Below are positions 1-8,212 of a DNA stretch of 64,000 nucleotides, piece by piece. The stretch covers positions 500 through 64,499 of the forward strand of contig JAJPJW010000054.1 of assembly GCA_021324075.1 (NCBI GenBank), in the 5' to 3' direction. The notes beneath the pieces were generated by a model. That model worked only from the letters and a program-made list of their open reading frames with translations, had not been told where the DNA came from and did not search any database. This DNA comes from Pseudomonadota bacterium (lineage in GTDB: Bacteria; Oederibacteriota; Muellerivitia; Muellerivitales; Muellerivitaceae). The position numbers were made by a program, and so were the translations under genes. The first letter of the stretch is position 1, and each line of letters opens with the position of its first letter.

Positions 1-1
1 C

Positions 2-721
2 ATGGGCGTCTACAACGGGATGGGCTATGCCTCCCCCGCGGTGGAGGGCGTCATCCACGACGGAGAGCCCCTTTACCTGTTGGATAAGAGCAACATCATC
101 GACGTCCTGCCGGGTGAGCCGCGCAAGGACCTGGCGGTTATCATCGCCGGTTTGGACCGGGAATGGGCCCCGCTCCTCAAGAAGGACTTCCCCAAGGCCC
201 AATGGATCCCCCAATGGGAGTATTACCAGAGCAAGGCCGATGTCCCGGCCCTTTACGACGTGGTCATCAGCGCCTCGGATATCCCTGAAAAGCCGGGCAA
301 GCTCTTCTCCTACCGCGTGGTCCCGGACAAGAAATGGGTCCGCCGCGTTTACGCCACTTATTTCGGATTGGGCCGCGGCATGATCCAATATGAGGACAGC
401 AGCGCCACCTTGAACCCCTTCCCGCCCGGCATGGGCGCCCACTCCGCCGCGGGCGAGGGCGATTGGGAGGCACCCGCCGACGGCGATTACACCTTTTCGG
501 TGAACAGCCCCAATCCCATCCAGATTTGGATTGACGGCAAGAAGGTCCTTTCCTCCATCATCGCCGACTGGGTCCAGCCCAAACCCGTTTCGGCGACGGT
601 TTACCTAACCAAGGGCCCCCATCACGTGAAGTTCCTGACTTTCATGCGGGTGGACGCCTGGTTCGACCGGGTGACCATCCAGGATTCCAAGACCGGCTAT
701 AAGGCGGTTTTGGGCGAATAA
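2..721 (+). CDS. C-terminal fragment (5' truncated by the window edge) of a GT-C/PA14 paralog. It shares the middle domain and the PA14-like C-terminal domain with the two genes downstream.
   Basis: The ORF is open to the window edge. Its 'DLAVIIAGLD...DFPKAQW' and 'YFGLGRGMIQYED...WIDGKKVL...HHVKF' blocks line up with the 743..3334 and 3338..5821 proteins. Confidence 0.6.
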   Translation: MGVYNGMGYASPAVEGVIHDGEPLYLLDKSNIIDVLPGEPRKDLAVIIAGLDREWAPLLKKDFPKAQWIPQWEYYQSKADVPALYDVVISASDIPEKPGKLFSYRVVPDKKWVRRVYATYFGLGRGMIQYEDSSATLNPFPPGMGAHSAAGEGDWEAPADGDYTFSVNSPNPIQIWIDGKKVLSSIIADWVQPKPVSATVYLTKGPHHVKFLTFMRVDAWFDRVTIQDSKTGYKAVLGE

Positions 722-742
722 GCGTTTGAAGAGAGGATCCAG

Positions 743-3334
743 ATGGCGTCCCGAAAGAAACCGTCGAAAACCAAGGCTGCAGTGAAGAAGCCCCGGGCCG
801 GCGTGAAAGCCGCCCAGCGGACAAAAACCCCGGCTTTCCTGGCTTTCCTGGACCCCGTCTTGAACCCGTCCTCCTATAGCAAAGAGAAATACGGCGGCCT
901 CTTACTGGCCTTCCTGGCGGTCGTGGCGGGCCTTTTGGCCCTGCCCAATTACAACCTCCTCTTTTTTCCCGGCAATGCCTTCGTCAAGAACCAGATCCAG
1001 TCCTTTCCACCTTCCAACATCTTTGCCCATCTTCCCTCCACTCCCCTGATCTTCCTGGGCTTCCTGGCCCTCATCCTCCTCTTCCGCATGATCCCCCCGG
1101 TGGGGGAAGGCGCCTGGGACATCCCGGTTTTGCCCGCCCGCATCGCCTTTTGGTTTTTCATGGCCGTGGGCGCCTATTTGCGCCTGGAAAACCCGACCCA
1201 ACCGGTGGGTTTTTTCTGGGACGACCATTACACCATCGACTCGGACATCCGCAACCTGCTGGACTTCCACAAGTATTATTTCCTTTTCCCCGTGGGCTGG
1301 CGCGAGCCCCTCTTCCCCTACCTCTCGGCCTTCCTCTGGCTTTTCAACCCCCAGGCCACCGGCCAAGTGGTGGTGCTCTTGGCCGATACGATCTTCGACC
1401 TCACGGCCCTCTGGCTTTTTTACCTGATCGGCAAGGAAATCGGCGGCCGCCGCATGGGCCTGCTGCTGCTGGCCATGGGCTCCATCTGCAAGACCATGGT
1501 GATGGTGTGCCGGTTCGAATACGGCAACGACACCTGCGTGCTGGGCAGCGCCGTGGCCATGCTGTTTTTCCTTAGGCTCCTCAAGAAGCCCGACCTGAAG
1601 CATTTCATCGAATGGGGCGCGGCCCTGGGCTTTGGGGCCTTCACCTACGTGCCTTTCCGCCCCTGGATGCCGGTTTTCCTCGGCGCGACCTGCCTCTGGG
1701 TTTTCAGCCACGAAAAGGAAAGGCGCTTCAACGCCTATCGTCTCATCCTGGGGCCGGGCCTGCTGCTCTCCTGGGCCTTCCTTTTCCTCCACAAGAATTC
1801 CCTCATGTCCCAGGACAGTGCCCTGGTGCGCTTCCTCGCGGGGCCCGGCGCCATCCTGGCGGGCATCGCCTTGGCGGCCAGCTACGGGAAGGTCTTCCTG
1901 GATGAAAAAAAGAAGGGCTTCAGCCTGCTCTTCGGCTGGGCCACCGGCGCCTTCGTGACGGCCCTCGTCATGATGCCCTTTTACCTGCACCCCAATTACT
2001 CCGAGCACGTGACCGACATCTCGGCCTTCAGCGCCAAGTTCACCACCCCGGGCCAGGGCTGGCAGAAGGTCTGGGAAAACAACGCCTTCACCTGGAAGCT
2101 CCTTTTCGGGCAGGTGGACCACGTCTCCCGCCTTCCGGCCATCGGGGATTCGCTTTACGAGTTCATGGTGGCGGCCTGCACCCTGCTGGGCCTGGCTTAT
2201 TTCATTGCCCGGCCAGGGTGGCTCCAGGCTTTTGTGGTGGCGCTGTTTTTCGTGAGCACGACCGCCGGGACCCTTTCCAACGGCCCCCATTCCTTCCGCT
2301 ACGTCATCTGCGACCTGCCCCTCCTTTTGGCGGGGGCCTGGGGCCTGAACCGCCTCTGGCTGGGGGCCTTGCAGGCCTTCCGGGGAAGTTGGACGGACCT
2401 GGGTCTGGTGCTGGTGTTCTTAGCCGGATGGGTCTGGGAAGGGGCGCAAAACCACAAGCTGGTCTGGGAATGGATGGCCCAGGAAGCCCAAAACACCATT
2501 GTTTGGGACGGCGCGCGCAAAGAGATGCCGGACCACCGGGTCTATCTGATGCAGCACGACCAGGGGTTTTACGCCCCCATCGCCATGATGGTGCTTTCGG
2601 ACGGAACGGACCTATACCAGGCCACTGATTCCAATACCATCGACCTCACACCCGACGAGAAGGGGAAGGACCTGGCCGTCTTCGTTTACGGCAAGGACCC
2701 GGACAGCCAGAAAAAGATCGAAGCCGAGTTCCCGGGCGTCCAGTGGAACAAGAAGTCCTATTACCTGCAGGGCGACGGCGACATACCCTACCTTTGGTGG
2801 GCCGAGATCCCCTTCGACAAGATTCCCACGGATGAGAAGGCCTTCTTCCACGTGCGGCGGGTCGCACCCTCCACCTGGCGCCGGCGCTGTTACGGCTATT
2901 TCGGCCTGGGCCGGGGCCTCATCCTTTACGAGGACCGGGTGGCCCGTTGGAACGACAACCTGCCCCCGCGCCAGTACATCGATTGGAACAATTCCATGCG
3001 GGTGACGGGCGACTGGAATGTGGCGGTGTCCGGCAAGTACAAATTATCCCTGCGCACCCAGGACGTCCTCTGGTTTTTCCTGGACGGCAAGAAGGTGTTG
3101 GACGTGACCCCCGAGGGCGGGGGAACCCACAGCTGCGAGCTTAACCTGGACAAGGGGGTCCACCACGTGGAAGTGGTGACCGCCTTCGCCGCCGAACACG
3201 ACGTCCCGGCCGTGAATGTCACGGCCCCGGGAAGCGCCACCGAGGTGCCTCTGGATGAACTGGCCGCCGGAACGGCGCCCGATGCCCCCCCCGCGCCCGG
3301 CCCGGCCGCGGTTTCCCAGGCGGGGGCTCGATAA
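743..3334 (+). CDS. Polytopic membrane glycosyltransferase, ArnT/PMT_2-like GT-C fold, with a C-terminal PA14-like beta-sandwich domain.
   Basis: 863-aa ORF with a Lys-rich N-terminal tail and more than 10 hydrophobic segments. The loop motif 'REPLFPYLSAFLW' resembles the ArnT 'YFEKPPLxYW' motif. The C-terminus 'YFGLGRGLILYED...SGKYKLSLRTQDVLWFFLDGKKVLD...GVHHVEV' fits the PA14 pattern. It is a paralog of the 3338..5821 gene. Confidence 0.6.
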   Translation: MASRKKPSKTKAAVKKPRAGVKAAQRTKTPAFLAFLDPVLNPSSYSKEKYGGLLLAFLAVVAGLLALPNYNLLFFPGNAFVKNQIQSFPPSNIFAHLPSTPLIFLGFLALILLFRMIPPVGEGAWDIPVLPARIAFWFFMAVGAYLRLENPTQPVGFFWDDHYTIDSDIRNLLDFHKYYFLFPVGWREPLFPYLSAFLWLFNPQATGQVVVLLADTIFDLTALWLFYLIGKEIGGRRMGLLLLAMGSICKTMVMVCRFEYGNDTCVLGSAVAMLFFLRLLKKPDLKHFIEWGAALGFGAFTYVPFRPWMPVFLGATCLWVFSHEKERRFNAYRLILGPGLLLSWAFLFLHKNSLMSQDSALVRFLAGPGAILAGIALAASYGKVFLDEKKKGFSLLFGWATGAFVTALVMMPFYLHPNYSEHVTDISAFSAKFTTPGQGWQKVWENNAFTWKLLFGQVDHVSRLPAIGDSLYEFMVAACTLLGLAYFIARPGWLQAFVVALFFVSTTAGTLSNGPHSFRYVICDLPLLLAGAWGLNRLWLGALQAFRGSWTDLGLVLVFLAGWVWEGAQNHKLVWEWMAQEAQNTIVWDGARKEMPDHRVYLMQHDQGFYAPIAMMVLSDGTDLYQATDSNTIDLTPDEKGKDLAVFVYGKDPDSQKKIEAEFPGVQWNKKSYYLQGDGDIPYLWWAEIPFDKIPTDEKAFFHVRRVAPSTWRRRCYGYFGLGRGLILYEDRVARWNDNLPPRQYIDWNNSMRVTGDWNVAVSGKYKLSLRTQDVLWFFLDGKKVLDVTPEGGGTHSCELNLDKGVHHVEVVTAFAAEHDVPAVNVTAPGSATEVPLDELAAGTAPDAPPAPGPAAVSQAGAR

Positions 3335-3337
3335 CCC

Positions 3338-5821
3338 ATGGCTTCGCCCAAAGGCAAGAAAACCACCACCCGCCGCAAATCCGTTACCCCCCAAAAGGCC
3401 AAGCCGGTTCAGGTGAAAGCGGCCCCGGCGGCCGTTTCCCAGACCGACTTCCTCGGGTTGATGCTCTCCTGGGGCCTGGTTTTCCTGGCCCTGCTGTCCC
3501 TGCCCAACGCCCAGCTTTTGGTCCCGGGCTGGCGGTTTTTTTCCGGGCTGCCCTTTTACCCCCTCCTGATCCTCGGCTTCGCGGGTATGGTTTATTTCTT
3601 CCGGCGGATCCCCGAAGCGGGGACCACCGAGGACATCAGATCCCAATGGGCCCGCCCGATCTTCTTCCTCCTGCTCGTCCTGGGGGCCTTCATCCGGCTC
3701 CAGCAGATCAACCGTATTTCGGGCTGCATCGACAACGACCACTGGATGTGCGCCGACGAAGCCCTCAAGATCATGGAAGAGGGCGACCGGCCCATCCTCC
3801 TGCCCTATGGCCAGAGGGAGCCCTTCTTCGCTTATCTTTCCGCGGCCATCTGGTCCCTGAACCCCCAGGCAACGGCCAACGTAGCCCTGACCCTTTCCTC
3901 GGTATTGGTGGACGTCTTCATCCTGTGGTCCTTCTACCTGTTGGGCAAAGAGTTCGGCGGGCGCCGCGGGGGATTGATCTTCATGGGCATGGGCATGATG
4001 AGCAAGACGCTGGTGGAGATCTCGAAGATCAACTTCGGCTTCCACACGGACGTGCTGGCTTGCGCCTTGACGGTGCTTTTCCTCTTCCGGTTGCTGAAGA
4101 ACCCGAAACTGGCCCGCTTCCTCCATTGGGGCCTGGCCCTGACCCTCGGGTCCTACGTCTATGTGGCCTTCCGGCTCTGGACCCCGGCCATCATCGGCGG
4201 GTTGTGGCTTTGGATGTTTTGGAATCCGGAGCTGAGGCCCAAGACCCGCATCGGCTTCAGCCTTGCCTTCGCGGTCATGGGCGGCTGGACCTTCGCCTTT
4301 TTTTACGTCAACCGGGTGATCCCCCATGAATGGGGATGGGTGCATTTCCTTTCCTCCGGTTGGGGCCTCCTGGCGCTAGTGGCGGGGCTGCTTTTCCTCT
4401 ATATCCGGTCGGGAATGGAAAGCCGCGGTAAGGACTGGGTCTTCAAATGGGCCAGCGGGGCGCTTTTGGTAGCCCTGCTCTTAAGCCCACTTTGGTCCCA
4501 GCCCAATTATTCAGACCACCCGAACGAGATGGTCATTTTCCACCCCCGTTTCGAGATGACCAAGATGCAGTGCATCCTTTACTGCCTGGACAATTTTTGG
4601 AACGGCTTCAAGCTGCTCTTCAGCTACGACAACAACAACCCCTTCTGGAATATCCCCCCCATGCACGGAGATTCCTACATGGATTTTTTCATCCCCCTCT
4701 TCGGCTCGGCGGCCCTGGCGGCCTACCTGGCCCGCCCCCGCCTGGTCCAATCCTCCATCCTGTGCCTTTGGTTCATCGGCTACGCGGCCTTTTTCGTGAC
4801 CCATGGGGCCCATTCCAACCGGCTGATGGCCACCCTTCTGCCGATGTTCCTCATCGCGGCCTGGGGGGCCTACCGCCTGTGGCAGGTCTTCCGTTTTTCC
4901 ACCCTAAAAAACGGCAAGGCCTGGGGTAACGGCCTGCTTTTGGCGGTGGGGCTCTGGTCGTTGGTAACCAACGTCCAGATCCTGCAGGATTGGATGAACA
5001 TGCGCTGGCCCGACGCCTTCGTTCAAGACGTGATCGACGTCCTGCCCCAAGACAGGGTTTACCTGGTGCCCAGCGTGGGCCACTTCGGCGAAAGCGCCTG
5101 GGACCTGGTCAGCGAAGGCAAGGACGTCCATTTGGCCCTGGATTCCAATCCCATCGACCTGGTGGAAGGGGATAAGGGCAAGGATGTGGTGGTCATCCTC
5201 TGGGGAGGGGACGACGCCATGAAGGCCAAGCTGACCCAGGCCTTCCCCGGCGGCAGTTGGAGCGAGAAGGACAGCGCCTGGCCCGTCACCTCCCTCAAAT
5301 GGATCACCATTCCCTTCAGCCAGATCCCCCAGGACCCCAAGGCTTACCTCTCCGTCCGCTATACGCCGGCCACCGATTGGTCGAGGAAGTTCTACAACGG
5401 ATTATTATGCCGGGGGATCATCCGTGATGAGGACCGCTCCAACCATTGGAATGACAACCTGCCGGTCACCTTCATCCAGGGGGACAACACGGGCCGCATC
5501 TCAGGGGAATGGGAAGTGGAAAAGGACGGCGTTTACGAGCTCAGCTTCCGGACCAACAACACGACCCAGCTTTGGGTGGACGGAAAGAAGGTTCTGGAAC
5601 TGCAAAAACCGGACGGTAATCCGGCGCGCCGGACCCGCCTTAAGCTTTCCCAAGGGAAGCACCCCGTTGAGCTCTTGACGGATTTCCATGAGGAGCATGA
5701 TTTCCCGGCGGTTCTCGTCCGTTCCCCGGACGGAAGCTGGGAAAAGCCGTTGGAGGAACTCTCCCAATCCCCGCAGGCGGCTCCGGTCGCGGTGGACTCA
5801 ACCCCGGCATCCGTCCACTGA
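3338..5821 (+). CDS. ArnT/PMT_2-like GT-C membrane glycosyltransferase with a C-terminal PA14-like domain (paralog).
   Basis: 827-aa ORF with a Lys-rich N-terminal tail. The loop 'ADEALKIMEEGDRPILLPYGQREPFFAYLSAAIW' aligns with the ArnT 'DExRYAE...GDW...YFEKPPLxYW' motif block. The C-terminus 'GVYELSFRTNNTTQLWVDGKKVLE...HPVELL' is PA14-like. It lies 3 nt downstream of the previous gene. Confidence 0.65.
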   Translation: MASPKGKKTTTRRKSVTPQKAKPVQVKAAPAAVSQTDFLGLMLSWGLVFLALLSLPNAQLLVPGWRFFSGLPFYPLLILGFAGMVYFFRRIPEAGTTEDIRSQWARPIFFLLLVLGAFIRLQQINRISGCIDNDHWMCADEALKIMEEGDRPILLPYGQREPFFAYLSAAIWSLNPQATANVALTLSSVLVDVFILWSFYLLGKEFGGRRGGLIFMGMGMMSKTLVEISKINFGFHTDVLACALTVLFLFRLLKNPKLARFLHWGLALTLGSYVYVAFRLWTPAIIGGLWLWMFWNPELRPKTRIGFSLAFAVMGGWTFAFFYVNRVIPHEWGWVHFLSSGWGLLALVAGLLFLYIRSGMESRGKDWVFKWASGALLVALLLSPLWSQPNYSDHPNEMVIFHPRFEMTKMQCILYCLDNFWNGFKLLFSYDNNNPFWNIPPMHGDSYMDFFIPLFGSAALAAYLARPRLVQSSILCLWFIGYAAFFVTHGAHSNRLMATLLPMFLIAAWGAYRLWQVFRFSTLKNGKAWGNGLLLAVGLWSLVTNVQILQDWMNMRWPDAFVQDVIDVLPQDRVYLVPSVGHFGESAWDLVSEGKDVHLALDSNPIDLVEGDKGKDVVVILWGGDDAMKAKLTQAFPGGSWSEKDSAWPVTSLKWITIPFSQIPQDPKAYLSVRYTPATDWSRKFYNGLLCRGIIRDEDRSNHWNDNLPVTFIQGDNTGRISGEWEVEKDGVYELSFRTNNTTQLWVDGKKVLELQKPDGNPARRTRLKLSQGKHPVELLTDFHEEHDFPAVLVRSPDGSWEKPLEELSQSPQAAPVAVDSTPASVH

Positions 5822-5845
5822 ACCGATCTTAACTGAGGTAGGGCC

Positions 5846-8152
5846 ATGGCAAAAAAACCTAAATCGAAACCGTTCCGGCGGTCCCCCCAAGGCGGGCCTT
5901 CCTCCGCCCCTGCCCAAGGGAGGTCCGGTGAATGGCAAGTGAGGCTGGAGGGGTTTCTTAAAAAGGCCGGAAAAGCCGAGTTCGAGCACCACCGGGCGGC
6001 GGGCCTTTTCGCCTTGTTCACCTTGATGCTCCTATGGAAGCCGTTGACCCGCCCCAGCATGGTTCCCGGGGGCTATGACATGGTCACGGCCATTCCCTAC
6101 AAATCCTTGTGGTTTGAGAGCCTATTGCGGCTGCATCCGATCCTTTGGAACCCTTATTCCAGCCTGGGACAGCCCTTTGTGGCGCTTGAAAGCCCAGGCG
6201 CCTATGCACCCCTCAACTTTCTGCTCTTCATCCATCCTATTTCCTACGCCTTTACCTGGATGCACATCTTCCATTTCCTATCCGCGGCTTTCTTCACCTA
6301 CCTTTTCCTGAGGGGTTTGGGATGCGGATGGGTCAGCGGGTGCCTGGGTGCCCTGGCTTTCGCCTTCTCGGGTTTCTTCATGGGGCATTATTTTTGGACC
6401 CATCCCAACCTGATCTGGGGCGCCTCCTGGATGCCCCTGCTCTTATACGGTCTCCAGCGCTTCACTGAAAAAAGGGACTTCGCCGGGCTTTTCATAGCTT
6501 CCCTGGCCCTGGGCCTGAGCATCCTCGAAGGCGCCCCCCAAATGGACATGTACGCGCTGATAGCGGGCGGGTTTTGGCTGGCCTGGGCTTGGATCGGCAG
6601 GAAGATCAACTGGAAGGAATTGTGTGGCGCCCTGGCCTGCCTGCTTTTCCTTTCCTTTTCCATCGGGCTTTGCCAATTGGCGCCGGGATACCAATTCGCC
6701 CATCTCAGCAGCCGCTGGTTCTGGGAGTGGGGCGACATCATGAAGGATGTTTTCCGTCCGGAATACTTCAGGTTTTTTATCGATCCTTTCTTCCTGGGTG
6801 GTCCCGGACACGGTGACTACAGGGGCCAATGGGGGTTCCAGGAAGTTGTCGCTTATGTCGGTCTCTTGCCCCTTTTCCTTGCCTTGGGCGGCTTCTTATG
6901 GCTGATGAAGCGAAAACCACTGGTTTGGTGGTTCGCCCTGCTGGGGCTTTTAGGCTGCATCCTAGGCATGGCCGATTCCACCACCCCCACCCACTATATC
7001 TATTTGTTTTTCTACAAATTCATTCCGGGATTCGGGCATAACCGGAGCGTCGCCCGGATCATGCTTCTGGCCGAATTCTCCCTGGCCTGTCTTGCCGCCC
7101 TGGGATTGGAAAATTGGATCGATTTTTGGAAGGGGAAGCGACTTCCCGATCCCTTCCGCAAAGCGCTCACTACCTGGGTTCCGGCGGCGGTATTGGTTTT
7201 TTCCGCGGCGGACCTCTACCATTTCGGCTGCTACAACACTGCTGTCGGGGTCGATTACCGCCAGTATTGGGACCCGGGGATGTTCATCGGCGCGGGGATA
7301 CTGAAGGACATCCAGGACGACCCGACCTACCCGCGGATCCAACCGGAAACCACCGCCGATTCGGATTACGAAATGATCTACAAGGTGTCGGCCGTGATGA
7401 CCGGTTATCCCACGCAAATCCAGACGACCGCCAAGTACCTCGCCGAACAATGGAGATATTCGGAAACGCCTTTGCCGGATTTGCTCCATCTGACCTACCG
7501 TTGGAGGCAGCCGGATTTCACCGCCACCGAGAGGTGGCAGCCCCTTCCCGGCTACAAGTCCTTCTGGACCGACACGAAGGCTTTTCCCAGGGCCTTCATG
7601 GTGGGGGGGTACCAATCGGACCCGGATTACAACCAGGCCATCTATGACATCCGGGACGGGAAAGTGGACCCGCACGAGCAGGTCATCCTCGGACAGGACC
7701 CCCCCGACCGGCCTAACTGGCCCAAGGGCTGGGTAGGGGAAGCCAAGATCACGAAATATGATTGGAACGAGCTTGAGATGGACTGCACCAACGACCGTCC
7801 CTGCTTCCTCGTCCTCTCTGACTCTTTCTATCCCGGCTGGCGGGCCCGGGTGGATGGGCAGCCAACGACGATTTACCAGGCCAATGGGGCCCTCCGGGCT
7901 GTGGAACTGCCCCAGACGGGCCACCACTCGGTTGAAATGTCCTATTATCCGGGGATCATTACCTATTCTTTCGCTTACTCCCTTTTGGCCTGGGTCGTTC
8001 TGGCCCTGGCCTGGATTTTCCGTAAGGGCCTGGCCCGCCGGTATTCGGACCTTTTCAGGGGAAAACTGATTTTCGCCGGGTTCGTGAACCATTTTGAAAC
8101 ACCGCCCTCCCGTAAAGCGGCCTCCGGGCGGCGCGGCAAGGGAAAAAAATAG
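5846..8152 (+). CDS. YfhO-family membrane protein, a GT-C-type glycosyltransferase that uses polyprenyl-phosphate-sugar donors.
   Basis: 768-aa polytopic ORF. The C-terminal block 'SDSFYPGWRARVDGQPTTIYQANGALRAVELPQTGHHSVEMSY' followed by a final TM is characteristic of the YfhO family. Confidence 0.7.
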   Translation: MAKKPKSKPFRRSPQGGPSSAPAQGRSGEWQVRLEGFLKKAGKAEFEHHRAAGLFALFTLMLLWKPLTRPSMVPGGYDMVTAIPYKSLWFESLLRLHPILWNPYSSLGQPFVALESPGAYAPLNFLLFIHPISYAFTWMHIFHFLSAAFFTYLFLRGLGCGWVSGCLGALAFAFSGFFMGHYFWTHPNLIWGASWMPLLLYGLQRFTEKRDFAGLFIASLALGLSILEGAPQMDMYALIAGGFWLAWAWIGRKINWKELCGALACLLFLSFSIGLCQLAPGYQFAHLSSRWFWEWGDIMKDVFRPEYFRFFIDPFFLGGPGHGDYRGQWGFQEVVAYVGLLPLFLALGGFLWLMKRKPLVWWFALLGLLGCILGMADSTTPTHYIYLFFYKFIPGFGHNRSVARIMLLAEFSLACLAALGLENWIDFWKGKRLPDPFRKALTTWVPAAVLVFSAADLYHFGCYNTAVGVDYRQYWDPGMFIGAGILKDIQDDPTYPRIQPETTADSDYEMIYKVSAVMTGYPTQIQTTAKYLAEQWRYSETPLPDLLHLTYRWRQPDFTATERWQPLPGYKSFWTDTKAFPRAFMVGGYQSDPDYNQAIYDIRDGKVDPHEQVILGQDPPDRPNWPKGWVGEAKITKYDWNELEMDCTNDRPCFLVLSDSFYPGWRARVDGQPTTIYQANGALRAVELPQTGHHSVEMSYYPGIITYSFAYSLLAWVVLALAWIFRKGLARRYSDLFRGKLIFAGFVNHFETPPSRKAASGRRGKGKK

Positions 8153-8212
8153 GGAAGAACCCGGCCGAAAATCCGGGTTCGCCCTTAAAATCCATAGCGT
8201 AAGGAGATCTTC

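Noticed and set aside
902-2290. Long antisense ORFs (for example 902..2290, 3044..4345, 6962..8260, 19714..20943, 26674..28389, 32460..33563, 33550..34905, 36196..37410, 52520..53497, 60648..61556, 62349..63287).
   Set aside because: Each lies opposite a gene with clear family signatures (GT-C, DegT, GH3, MetK, AhcY, PilT, PyrG, KdsA). Their translations are low-complexity Gly/Arg/Pro-rich, which is typical of GC-rich shadow frames.
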